Position numbers and translations under genes: made by a program
In this document: positions 51,001 to 59,000 of the stretch, one piece after another
Layout of the letters: the number at the start of each line of letters is the position of its first letter
How positions within the stretch are numbered: the stretch's first letter is position 1
Origin: a virus
DNA: 64,000 bases
Strand: one strand, 5' to 3'
Virus record (IMG/VR): IMGVR_UViG_3300030117_007501
Location: 64,001 to 128,000 of that record
Notes under the pieces: generated by a model
Told to the model about the DNA's origin: nothing
Database searches by the model: none
The model's input: the letters and a program-made list of their open reading frames with translations, nothing else

Positions 51001-51110
51001 CGATGCCAGGAGAGGCAGATATGTACGGCGAAGACGCCGGTTGTCCTCCGCCAGGCTCCGAAGAGGAAGAATACACACGCCCAGAGCCATGTCCGGACAT
51101 TGAAGAGTAA
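39021..51110 (+). CDS. Giant 4029-aa putative virion (baseplate/tail) protein
   Basis: Uninterrupted 12 kb ORF between the spike-like gene and gp25. Confidence 0.75.
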   Translation: MANMKIRIVKGEVSASALRAYYYGTSVETRQQDEDQGINTISPGDVYTFEFKYNDIGKGEYKLGYSGKEMLAIKEFLASVVDPSTYRIEDRGIFGARRTRVASSDAEAATDRNSPISMRDGFTFDEKTQAALTIWQMNNSASIREYGITHLGWTRDADSHYSEEIGSFGLASFAIAHGWSQGRKHFYDEGFGSPPSKVDAATEQIREAISPNPPSSPSRLHMAATRVADVIHEAVPKDNEGRAIETGELTKEQHQQHALSELSTPEPSGNQAPWEDPSGKRIGVFVDTDFTLENPPSFSYEEDMISYLLMKEREALEKVFDHYGKASTWPFPIGRMVNEEEPTMSAWYDIEAMPEAINVTIDETPAGAMRYDQFEARYSWALRQGAAARGRIPLVWAEAGVVITPKEWRLGLAATPDLPEEDRSSQHFTDIDVVVREVFRAPKARPGDVYRLQFWVNKGILREGASSGGTRFTPADVITAAVVNYEKAAGAIDAAGEFLENPGAAVEAWVGKAEDRINKSVDAAEDYVRSNLRYADQNKKKVARNVWKKWREDTRRRQADQRYASAEARAAQILEARKKSGFPTPSHVTYEARTFKKHIEAVASKMDEFQKELVEWQKASVKNVKTSGGSFVPVLDLSVEAQNLRDCIPAFERILGRNGFKLRDKFGEYIKVSYVPDKDETSAKNVLGALIATMSFVPRKGEGVFGTRSASAFVGGDYQTDEESEKMTIRVKAGAREFDSHIEAKSLEDISDPAIVNRRNSLYSKLKHPFNNPRTLAYLMQLEEMYNYINKPADWGSDCNDVLMPKSIPFAMQFTYPLPGIKPRTPDNYGKPKEGPDSFDKAALQVDGSMLKMMGEIKTASQAVSEKIAISEEEKDALLKVEQGKVYDINDLLPLGELCTWEEIQQKVLKKFDFKMMLCEWAQCLAIPWPIEFDWDLNFDFDWPKIPTFDLYMLYPIIVANLLEMLIRLLCTIIMKLLDMIRLPNCDDLFDAALYGISSIANAVEEYHNQKDGEGGIVLFNATSGVNPINAEFLKLIKAQTPGQAEAQKRFIQNLADFGVSAEYMEDNNLDGETVSALFEDVSRILTPTELCALLQGALNHETVELVRSLIISTQPSLASFFRNDTAVSQFFSSLGGLLGQEICDIVSRAPAEAMSSGRCDDGTNLRDYLAAGGADAQQIANALAIAKAEADRRLAVANSLASSNPLDGVVPKNVVDFSDPNAVISDIPPALMNQLSNGVSSIIGTVKGTYLQEITRYVPSLYDTDSRAMNFLDPEFNIFFRIQAEIAMKILMDFESQTPKLLSDMPLPKWEARNSLYTTYRYNFEGFQRQLIPMPFSSPPYRIEYKETVIEVPNAFETSGLPGSSYRSLEDWLQQSNLMSDEGSPMGQFVLRTVLDDEEGVILEEDTSVQEHPELGPKLISATMLSKTEPQDGSILFGDDDWQYTTKYGKVKSASDIANIQLAADGRYGEAGEPTAVADFIKEVMDDVKSRLNELQMHIMRDLEVNHKQRVESNIAPDVRRLILKEEEIKREQLPATLERIYGPAAEVSNLEHFYADEEGFRMMIPEVVDNEGTSYDADITYIEYPADSQNRNVVSTVIRDNVVLKNSQQDAATIIRVDECDESIIELIREDYPDNTPSLFEDFTIPPGKNQRPESLFHLTKKNFELDYQRYGLNKPDMLERGSNAFPLFHDYVYTGLYKHMQEVIFEKVFDQLASSPMFDPEELRKIDNRLRGKAEISPEGCLRLSEGLMNFDRLIKNATDMVREEFKKPENALANRDYSDPGPFEQGVLTALVSLMVDVLLVEIAMRGGVAFSTYSTEKLLNDTVFREYILKFIDSSVLDISRMGFDYGSAYDVFYKKLGSLSGMPVGTDSQRRAALLEFLALKLWNADNTSSVRETSLTDEGVAIAQRIDKAFGTKTDTFSLDDSFKIVPVSRWIPKTDQLWQKYRNFSHTMPSATLEITRYDNTPPNLIETEQEFLLSPIKLPHLDDVKKKGRFYIENYIRIIGPGASSLEGDEFKFGQEFQEFRRTLREQIFIASLGSPHLASFGQVDFQLDRFEAQVERTNTAVGEIEDRLEELEVMEPVRIADDDNYLTVDPPTAPVGQSQELVNSTELVDFIRASYHEGFDKEMCDIVGAIYSDNPLDPCYMSPKSNYRFPTRLIKKRRKFLKIRPNNSSTYNLGPADVAVEDGSHISLFMQAHQYKEDNSRWGVQDSNNNSPWEYYSVPANVCEISKNYRNIDNPEEDTFVNILNQFAPVEGEDPRAPSDRADIIISLEVKDMVDKIYALEPLEMPEFPDRDHYNGGEAIVSSMMNQFTPIGRVRLVTGGKVGYRYPYRPSEVNDKETYPRLKSGLTIKKVQLLDDEAIPYEVDGETEWHPLDPDAPWIRAGWGDVLDQERFGGRSFHNLGKLTEERFEYHKERGHLIENSPETPGLGRPKGIYEEWTEYVIDHEMYVFDHPGESWHHPDEMPALTSLVMSKIAQFTAIDENTGRPNVLGRSVFAPSMYSGQNRGLRAPREQWSRQNRPSRYRADEHAAVMRACDHENPGTHYPRVYSTTFTAPRNTRTMERNFNDTGTASPVFLALDQYPFGGNHAITEHNSFRRLPKNSRPDLFNPGAWYPGAHMSDGQWSEGSSLIANRSKSMSFGYVLSRPMGHSKAGQAPAGPENSRELRANQYAVPVRMLVTKVDYKQDMYDEQGNVTRSQILHSESFINYELPEAVKGLGHNEGEIVEHDFSSPVNVQRGQTVKPALAKMNFDRKTSLQRGLNQLAFEYCLGGTRSNSLRDSNRARMFAHYGWPARGVVNPEGEVFQRFQKRVHAWIMEPDNEQAPPDSLRWEDIWPDDPPPAQRSPNPANSYYNEAKRAMERIRDDNRGSGIQQLRRREMFVRENLLNNPLHPDYDIMGRIGGGMDDVDGADIMHRHWITHMRRFEPGTTANIEFLEAIWRGRFQPGNYGPDNDSSYRGGHLPFIGEKITLTKFTENGLIGQEEDNQASIVTSEIRNPLWNPDDFTGMFADEIHMELLSISADTHGIRPFSQYYTTEAARTTRRGLQPEEVSHGPALSVSKVYSAGAHQEAKHKWWGKGSPYDGEYIYDPDDRDDPYKAKLDNLFYKKRRGVLLKQSTLGTPWFRALSDPNANSQELKGEVTRFLESYVNCRRYEGFWGRTSSPWWLWGAQGYYPGARGADWTLQTTSRDHLGREQVRPINMSEERGKYENSYRLHLQYDASDIVAYVVEKLLTRPNRDEPAADESNWFDGHRGHYGGNVNVHRGYGPYEWYRTTNNVYSNRYDVDPENVARQDSMMAIQSLYTNDIVAVFRQLGDWNCQAVKHFVNAFPRVQGVRRIDDADEDISEIVQDYLGRSETFTTWLSDIIPEPQKQPGYRKGAKNAGAMSISWDYQYKRCFDNDPTIRTWPDLWDMVHLVGYGAGWALMSYGGNDGGVPDDSEHHNNIIMPSQCFSYVQGDANHPQVLPAENRHESFMSPFNIVVPEMTSTERINYGQEDSPRREPSAGGVGEIVFGDYQFIDSPDMATADMWNFESRKMLDGTGDKEAKITAAADNNTLADGFNIYAANAAINLLLRAEQEERYFWSQLSQFGTGEYNPEGEPIGIFESLNRRLSAEMSRRLEVLFGETEYLVGSRLVYIVPEDTDPNFGDSGEFWTQHGENPQDEYRDFTEITREERTWMVTVEDESTGQWFRSRCIPLAFNEVPIDMKCHYTRFQNEIASMSAEVLSGLKQKPEYRMLSKYAFPVERYASISSIYSLMALSQREQVRDTLSNTKASIAKLMKLMSERPPFGNTIEIMDGGVFRSVFMGSMSPDGPVGLPSFMMAKFGDFISDLAYNAMMTPPWLIRSLASGLDPAFKDMRKLAMNPQCKIDGVNWKNVTKTALDNKMVKGVDTKNRTYAPVSTAFPADLFYRGTQISPPFVNKNFFKALVKFANFVAKDNLPPPPKIKAGARSADTAEYDKLVARVNDRYGTFLGPLGLIALGIPPMPGEADMYGEDAGCPPPGSEEEEYTRPEPCPDIEE

Positions 51111-51158
51111 TAAAAATTTTCATAACTAATTAATATTACACGATAGCAGGGTACTATA

Positions 51159-51539
51159 ATGGCAGGAATATCAGTAAAATTACCATTGTCTATGAGTGAG
51201 TTCGACGGACCCTACACTCTTAACAAAACGTTGAAGGAAACTGTTAAACAAAACTTTAAAATGCTTTTGTTAACCATACCTGGCGAGAGAATGATGAATC
51301 CTGATTTCGGAATTGGATTACAAACATTCCTATTCGAGCCCAACGACTTTGGAACTCAAGAAAGAATCTCATCTAGGATTCATGAGCAGGTGGGCAAATA
51401 CATGCCATTCTTAGAAGTCACTGACATATATACCAGCGACGAACCGGCATCATTGATGAGCGTGACAATATCTTATTTCTTGGTACCAACCTCAGAGCAG
51501 GACGTATTGACGCTATCTTTGTCACAAAATGAAATATAA
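51159..51539 (+). CDS. Baseplate wedge protein, gp25-like
   Basis: KQNFKMLLLTIPGERMMNPDFGIGL..FLFEP and YMPFL. Confidence 0.9.
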   Translation: MAGISVKLPLSMSEFDGPYTLNKTLKETVKQNFKMLLLTIPGERMMNPDFGIGLQTFLFEPNDFGTQERISSRIHEQVGKYMPFLEVTDIYTSDEPASLMSVTISYFLVPTSEQDVLTLSLSQNEI

Positions 51540-51572
51540 CTCTAATTACTAATGACTTAAGAGGAAGGCAAA

Positions 51573-53369
51573 ATGGCAAAAAAGAAGATTGTTCCAATAG
51601 ATTACACTAGTCGAGATTTCGATTCTATTAGGAATGATTTGATAACATATGTGAAAAGATATTATCCAGACACGTACAAAGACTTTAACGAAGCTTCTTT
51701 CGGATCTCTTATGTTGGATACCGTATCGTACGTTGGGGACATGCTCTCCTTTTACTTAGATTACCAGGCAAACGAGTCATTTTTGGAAACCTCTATAGAG
51801 TATGATAACGTAGTTAAGCACGCAAGGCAGATGGGGTATAAATTTTCTGGAACTCCGATGACTTATGGGGAGTGCACCTTTTATATTCTAATACCAGCCG
51901 CTGCAGGTACAGTTACTCCTGATCAGAGATATATACCCACATTGCTTAAGGGCACGCAGGTAACCTCTCCCGCAGACACTGTTTTCACCTTAAACGAGAA
52001 TGTTAATTTTGCTGACCCTAGTAACGAAATGGTTGTCGCAAGAACTGACGCGAACGGCGCCCCTACATATTTTGCTATCCGTGCGGAAGGGCAAGTTGTC
52101 TCCGGAGACTTGATGATAGAAGAGGTAGAGATTGGCGACTTTATGAGGTTCAACAAGGTTGAGCTAGCAGGTTCAAACATATCCGAGATAGTGACTGTGA
52201 TGGATTCACTAGGTAATGAATACTATGAAGTGGATTTCTTGTCACAAGATGTAATATATAAAGAGATAGTAAACAGAGGAGCACACAGAGAATCAGTCCC
52301 CAGTATAATGAAGGCATACCCAGCCCAGCGCAGGTTTGTTGTAGAGGTTGAAAAGGGAGTAACCCACCTTCAGTTTGGGTATGGATCAGATTCAGAACTA
52401 ACTAGCAACTCTGTTGTTGATCCTTCAGAAGTTGTTTTGAATGTGCATGGTAAGAACTATGTAACCAACACGTCTTTCGATCCAAAAAACCTAACCTCCA
52501 CAGACAAGTTTGGTATTGCACCATCCAACACAACATTGACGGTGGTGTATAGAAGAAACACCAATGAGAATTCAAATGTGTCAGCAGGAGTTTTAAATAA
52601 GGTTATAAATGTAGACTTGTATTTTCCAGAACGAGCCTCGCTAGATAGCGCAAAGATTCAATTTATTTCATCGAACATAGAGTGCACAAACGAAAGCCCA
52701 GTAGTTGGGCACGTATCTCTACCTTCGACAGAAGAAATTAAAAGGAGAGCAATAAACGTATTTGCGACGCAAAACAGAGCTGTCACTAAGCAGGATTATG
52801 TTACTTGCGTTTATGCAATGCCTTCTAGGTTTGGTGCTGTCAAGAGATGTGCTGTATACAGAGATAATGACGAACTTAAGAGAAACTTAAATTTGTATGT
52901 AATATCTGAAAACTCTACTGGGCAGTTAGTTGCAACGAACTCTTCAATAAAAGAAAATCTGAGAACTTGGCTTAATGAAGTCAGGATGATTGGCGATACA
53001 ATAGATATATTGAATGCGAAAATAGTCAACATAGGCATAGAGTTTGAAGCAGTGGCTCAAGACGGCAGCGACAAAAACGCAGTACTGAATAACGCAATTC
53101 AGGCATTGTCTGAGAAGATGACAAAGATACACAGGGACATAGGTGAGCCTCTTTACGTAACAGATGTTTTCAGCATCCTTAAAGATGTCGAAGGTTTGCT
53201 GGACGTTACAGACGTTAGAATAGTGTCCAAGTCGGGTAGTTCTTACAGCGAGAATTCCATAAGCATAAGAGAGAACCTTTCACCAGACGGAAGATACTTG
53301 CATATTCCTTTCGACAGTATATTGGAAATTAAGTTTCCTTACACGGATATTGTAGGAGCTATTAGATAA
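51573..53369 (+). CDS. Baseplate wedge subunit, gp6/J-like
   Basis: YTSRDFDSIR, DFNEASFG, VGDMLSFYLD, LQFGYG and QNRAVTKQDY. Confidence 0.9.
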   Translation: MAKKKIVPIDYTSRDFDSIRNDLITYVKRYYPDTYKDFNEASFGSLMLDTVSYVGDMLSFYLDYQANESFLETSIEYDNVVKHARQMGYKFSGTPMTYGECTFYILIPAAAGTVTPDQRYIPTLLKGTQVTSPADTVFTLNENVNFADPSNEMVVARTDANGAPTYFAIRAEGQVVSGDLMIEEVEIGDFMRFNKVELAGSNISEIVTVMDSLGNEYYEVDFLSQDVIYKEIVNRGAHRESVPSIMKAYPAQRRFVVEVEKGVTHLQFGYGSDSELTSNSVVDPSEVVLNVHGKNYVTNTSFDPKNLTSTDKFGIAPSNTTLTVVYRRNTNENSNVSAGVLNKVINVDLYFPERASLDSAKIQFISSNIECTNESPVVGHVSLPSTEEIKRRAINVFATQNRAVTKQDYVTCVYAMPSRFGAVKRCAVYRDNDELKRNLNLYVISENSTGQLVATNSSIKENLRTWLNEVRMIGDTIDILNAKIVNIGIEFEAVAQDGSDKNAVLNNAIQALSEKMTKIHRDIGEPLYVTDVFSILKDVEGLLDVTDVRIVSKSGSSYSENSISIRENLSPDGRYLHIPFDSILEIKFPYTDIVGAIR

Positions 53370-56032
53370 TGGCAATAAAAAGATACATATCAAATTCTGA
53401 CACAACAATAACAAATGCATTCAAATCAGATTTGCTGAACAGGGGTTCTAACGCAAACATGGGACAAAGTGACATACTGGAAATGTTCAGTATATACGCT
53501 CAGTCGACGACATCCTCCTTAGAACAGAGTAGGATTCTTATGAAATATCCTATTGCTGATATCTTGGCAGATAGAAACTCTGGAGCAATACCTTCAAGTG
53601 GAAGTGTCAATTTTTACTTAAGGGTTTTTAATGCCGAACACGGACAGTCGGTACCAAAGAAATACTATGCAGACATTGCTCCTATCGCCGCTGCGTGGGA
53701 CGAGGGGCATGGACTAGACATGGAGGGCTACCTAGATAATGGATCAGCCTGTTGGGTATCATCATCCGATGATGCAGTAGCTCAGGTGGTGAAGGTTTCC
53801 TTTCTGTCTGACACTAGGGCAAGTTACGGGGCATCTAAGCACGTATCCGTATATAATGGCAGAGGCCAAAGACAGAATTATTGGTTCAAGACAGCGGGTG
53901 GAGATACTGCACCAACGCTAACAGGTACAGAGTATGAAGTAGACATTCAAACCGCCGCAAACAAAGCGGCTATAGCTTCTACGTTTAAGTATCAGGTGAA
54001 TCTCACAGCAGCAACATCCGGTATTACAGCTGCGTTTAGTGGTAGTAGCACCTCAGTGGTTCTTTTGACAAACGATGTTCTTAACGAGGTTTCTGAGCCT
54101 GTCACATCTGATGGGATGAGCGCAGTCTACACTGCCGACGTAGAAACGTTTGGAAAGAGTGCGCATTTGTGGGAAGAGCAAGGAGGAGACATATACAAAG
54201 AAAGCAATGTTAAACATACTACTCTGCCCGTATATAGTCAATATTTTGAAGACGTCGAAGATTTGGAGGTTGATGTGACTTCTCTCGTGGAGGAGTGGCT
54301 CACTACCGAGGCAGCAGGTGACGTACTAGCTAACAAAGCGACAGCAGAAATAACATTTTCAGGACAGCCAACAGACGGCTCGAAAATAACACTAGTCAGC
54401 ACCAACGGAAAATCAGTAACGTATAATCTTGAAAACGGAACAATAACTGGAACGCAAAATGCCAACAATTCAGCAGAGGTAAATGTTGATACCGATGCAA
54501 ACACCACTACAATGGCAGCTGCCTTCGCCGCAGCGGTAAGATCAGTAAGGGGACATAGGGACGAAATAATTGTCGACAACAATGCGGCAATAGTCAGGCT
54601 AACTCAGTCTCTTGGTGGTTTCGGAGGCAACAGAAAGGTGGATAGCAACGGAGCAGTTCAGGCTACTTTTTCAAATAGCGGATTTTTCAATGGAGGTGTC
54701 GGACTGGTAAACAACGGAATGATGCTTAAGTTGTCGGGCTCTTATGAAGACGGATCTTTGGAGAAGACATTTTATACTAAGAAGTTTTTTGCGAGAGGTT
54801 CTGAGTTCTTCTTTAAGCGCCCAATGATAGAAGCTCGTTTTGACGATTCTAAATTGGATGACAGAGGAAATTTTCATGTTAGCAGTTCTTTGATATCTGG
54901 CGCCGAAAACATGGAGACACTATATCTCTATAATAACTACAAAGGAACGTTGCGAGATATTCCAACAGTCACGGTGATAAACAAGGCTACTTTGGAAATG
55001 ACATTTATTTCTGCAGCCATCGATGGAGGCACGCTAAACTTGGTAGCTTCTGATGGAACTAGTGTAACCTTTACCGCGAGAGATCACGATCACGCCCAAT
55101 TGGGAGGCGGCTCAGTCAATGCGGCAGTAACTGCTGCAGGTGCTGTGACGTTTGATAGGGGCAATCTGGGTGCTGACGACGCCGCAGACGCACTATTGGC
55201 TGCTTCTCAATTTGCTGCAGCAGTAAACATGGCAGGGCACAACATAAGTGACAAAATCACGGCTGTCGCGGAAGGTGCTAAGGTAACACTAACTCAGGTG
55301 ACTGCCGGACACACTGGTAACACCGCTGTCACAGACGCAGCAAACTGGGATAATGGAGTTTCTGGCACTACACCAGCTAATTTTTCCGGCGGTAGCGGAG
55401 GCATATATCTTAGGTTGTTCGATGCGACTACTGGAGACGAGCTGGAGGCTAAGCCGAACTATCCAGTAACTGGTGGCTGGGATTCAACGGGAATATACAC
55501 TGCCTCTTTCGCATTGGAAACTACTGCCTCTACGGTGCAAGATATATGGCTAACAGAGGAAAATCCCGAAGGAGGAGGCGCTTATAAGCAAATTCAATAC
55601 TATACTGGCTCCTTTTCTCCCGTCACCTATGGTGCCTCGATGTCAGCGGCAAACTACGACTCAGATTACGTACTTAAAATAACAAACCTCAGATCTTCAT
55701 ATACGATAGAGGAAAAGCCCAGATTTAGAGTATACACAAGGAAGAGGAACTGGCAACCCAACATTTATACTGTTGCCAGAAATGCTGCACCTATCAACAT
55801 AATTGAAAATTCTTATTATAAAATAACTCGAGAATCTGATAACCTAGATGTTATAGACTATGGAACCGGAAGCGTCAATCACACGAGGCTTTCGTATGAT
55901 ATGAGCGGCAGTTATTTTGATTTGGACATGTCCTTGTTGGAAACTGGCTATTCTTACATGGTTTCTTTGGTTTTCAAGTTGGACGGAGTTTACAAAGAGC
56001 AGAATGAGAAATTTAAGTTTAGGGTTGAATAA
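53369..56032 (+). CDS. Virion structural protein (887 aa) with inserted A/T-rich modules
   Basis: Follows gp6; SRIL and WDEG motifs; internal repeated modules. Confidence 0.7.
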   Translation: MAIKRYISNSDTTITNAFKSDLLNRGSNANMGQSDILEMFSIYAQSTTSSLEQSRILMKYPIADILADRNSGAIPSSGSVNFYLRVFNAEHGQSVPKKYYADIAPIAAAWDEGHGLDMEGYLDNGSACWVSSSDDAVAQVVKVSFLSDTRASYGASKHVSVYNGRGQRQNYWFKTAGGDTAPTLTGTEYEVDIQTAANKAAIASTFKYQVNLTAATSGITAAFSGSSTSVVLLTNDVLNEVSEPVTSDGMSAVYTADVETFGKSAHLWEEQGGDIYKESNVKHTTLPVYSQYFEDVEDLEVDVTSLVEEWLTTEAAGDVLANKATAEITFSGQPTDGSKITLVSTNGKSVTYNLENGTITGTQNANNSAEVNVDTDANTTTMAAAFAAAVRSVRGHRDEIIVDNNAAIVRLTQSLGGFGGNRKVDSNGAVQATFSNSGFFNGGVGLVNNGMMLKLSGSYEDGSLEKTFYTKKFFARGSEFFFKRPMIEARFDDSKLDDRGNFHVSSSLISGAENMETLYLYNNYKGTLRDIPTVTVINKATLEMTFISAAIDGGTLNLVASDGTSVTFTARDHDHAQLGGGSVNAAVTAAGAVTFDRGNLGADDAADALLAASQFAAAVNMAGHNISDKITAVAEGAKVTLTQVTAGHTGNTAVTDAANWDNGVSGTTPANFSGGSGGIYLRLFDATTGDELEAKPNYPVTGGWDSTGIYTASFALETTASTVQDIWLTEENPEGGGAYKQIQYYTGSFSPVTYGASMSAANYDSDYVLKITNLRSSYTIEEKPRFRVYTRKRNWQPNIYTVARNAAPINIIENSYYKITRESDNLDVIDYGTGSVNHTRLSYDMSGSYFDLDMSLLETGYSYMVSLVFKLDGVYKEQNEKFKFRVE

Positions 56033-59000
56033 TGTCAATTAAAAACCTTTTTGAAGAAAAATCAAAGATAGTAGCAAAGACTACGGTAAAGGACTTGACT
56101 GAGAGTTTGGAGTCTGAGGACTACATCTTTGTTCGAGATAAGAAAATTAAAAGATTTCTTCCAACGGTAGATTATTCTAAACCAGAGAATTTTGCTAGAT
56201 ACGGATTGGCAGAAAGATACTATACGGACTCTATAGAGAGAATATACCAAACTTATCCTTACGATGGGACGTTCTACGAAAAAGAAGCTTGGCACTTAAG
56301 TTCTTCATATTTAGATAATCACATATTTAGGGTTGACTACCCTAGAACAAATGGTTTTGCTCTCTTCTCTCCTTCGGGCTGGGGCACTCAATCCGCCAAT
56401 CACGATAATTATGGACTGCCAAGTACTGCTGAGTATGTGTATATTAAGGGTGGGCCCCATGCAGATCCATATGGCGACATCAAGGGCGAAAACAGTCTGG
56501 CAAACATATATGATTCCGCCAGCTATAGAGAATCAAATCTTAAAATTGATGGCGCCACAGGTAATACTGTCGAGTTTTGGCTCAAAAAAGACGGATATGA
56601 CACTTCGAAAACTAGATTAGAAGTCCTATTTGACGCTACTGTTTCGGGTTCAACGCCTGGAGACGCAGATTACGGAAGATTAAGAGTTACAATAGACAAT
56701 AATCCAGCTAGTTCTGCTTTTTTGATAACATATCAATCAGGAAGTTTAGGGTTTATAGATACTGCGATAGGTGGATCCTCAATAACCGAGGATACAATCG
56801 CAGACGGAAAGTGGCATCATTATGCTTTTACATTCAAACACAACCCTACAACTGAAAAAATTGACTCAAACCTGTACATAGACGGTGCATATAACGCAAC
56901 TGTTTCTGTTGCAGCTGCGACATTTGGAGCAATTGATGGCAACATAGTTGCAAATATCGCAGCACTTGTCGACTCTCCAACGGCAGCTAGCTCAGCTGGG
57001 CTTGGTTACGGAAAGTTGTCTGGTTCGATGGATGAATTTAGATTCTGGAAGGTAGAGAGGAATGCTAAGGAAATAGGAGAAAACTGGTTAACAAATGTTG
57101 GCGGTGGAACAAACAAGTACGAACACAATACTAAGCTTGGCGTGTATTATAAGTTTAACGAAGGAATAACAACAGATGCAACAACAGACTCGGTAGCTTT
57201 GGATTACTCTGGCAGAGTGTCAAACGGCTCATGGGTGGGGTACAGTTCTTCATCGAGAAACACCGGATCTGCCATGGTTGACTCTGGTAACGCATTGAGG
57301 GAATTTCAAGATCCTATAATTTATAGCAATCATCCAGACGTTGTATCTCTTTTGGATGAAAAAAGACAACTAGGACAATCTCATGATTATCAGAATACTT
57401 CTGCGCTATATTATTCTCTGCCAACTTGGATAATAGAAGAGCAGATGAACACCCATACGGAAGACAAGAGTACTCTTTCGGATATGATGCAGATAATGGC
57501 TAGCTACTTTGATACATTGCATTTGCAAATAGAGGCTATCACGTCTCTGAAAGATGTTAGCTATAGGGATTACCCATCCCCAACACACGTAAGTGGTTCG
57601 GATTTTGCACCATTCACAGAAAAACTATTAGAATCTAGTGGCTTCATTGCTCCGGATCTGTTCGCAGATGCCGAAGTGTTGGAAAAGTTTGGTACCAGAA
57701 ACAAGGACGGACAGTTTGAATTTGAACTACATCAAGTTAAGAACTTCATATACAGAAACATATATAATAACCTTACAAACATCTATAAATCAAAGGGTAC
57801 TGAAAAGTCCTTCCGGAATCTTTTTAGATGTTTCGGGATAGACGAGGAACTTATTAAGCTAAATGTGTATGCGGATAATCACACTTACTCGTTTTCTGAT
57901 ACGTTTTTGCACAAATCTCATAAACAAAAGGTGGTGGATTTTAATTCTCCCGACAGATATGGGGCTACAATATTTCAGTCTGGCTCTTTAAATCCATATA
58001 GAGCACACTACATTTCAGGCTCTGGCACCACAGGGGAAACCGATGTATCAACAACTGTTGAAGCAGATATCTTCTTCCCCAGGAAGGAGAGGTATGGATC
58101 AAAGTATTTTCAAGAGACGGGATTCATCACATCTTCGTTGTTTGGCATCCACACCCCATCAACAATAGCGGGTGATATGACGTGGGCATCAAATGATTTC
58201 GCCAGCATCCAGGCTCATGTAGTGAGAACATCAGAGTATGAGTCGGATGCATATTTTATGCTAACGAGTTCAGCGGGTATAATACCAGAGTTGACGTCAC
58301 CTATAGTGCATGACGTCTATGGGGATAATAAGTGGAACATTTCCTTTAGAGTCAAGCCTGCACCTCACATGGCAGCATCCCCCAGTGGCTCTATGGATGG
58401 CTCTGTGGCTGCACAAGCCGCAGCCTTTGTTGTCGAATTTCGAGGAACAAGGTATATCCTAGATAGTCTCGAAGATAGCTTTCATGTAACTGGTGCAGTT
58501 TCGAGAACTAATGCTACAAGGCTTTGTTTTGCACCCAAGACATTGTATGCGGGGGCACACAGAGTAAACTACACAGGCTCAGTGTCGGAGTACTCGGATG
58601 TAAAGATATCGAATATACGATATTGGAATGCTTATTTGTCAAACGATGAGCTGGATTTTCACTCTAAAAATCCAGATAACTTCGGTAGAATGCACCCATC
58701 AAAGCCAGAGTATGTGAATAAGTCGGATATTCTTGATAGCAACTACAGGGAAACAGACACTCTCGCTCTACATTGGGATTTTGATAGAGTAACCACGTCA
58801 GATTCTTCAGGAGAATTTGTTGTAGTAGATGCCTCATCCGGCTCGGTTGGTGCTCTTAGCACTTTTGACGGCATGACAAAAAGACACCATGTTGGCGTCG
58901 GGTATGGATTTCCAACTAGCAGCACCTCGGTAGTATCGACTATGTGGACAGCGGGACTTCAACAAGCGCTACCAGAGAATGTTTATAGCTCAGACATGGT

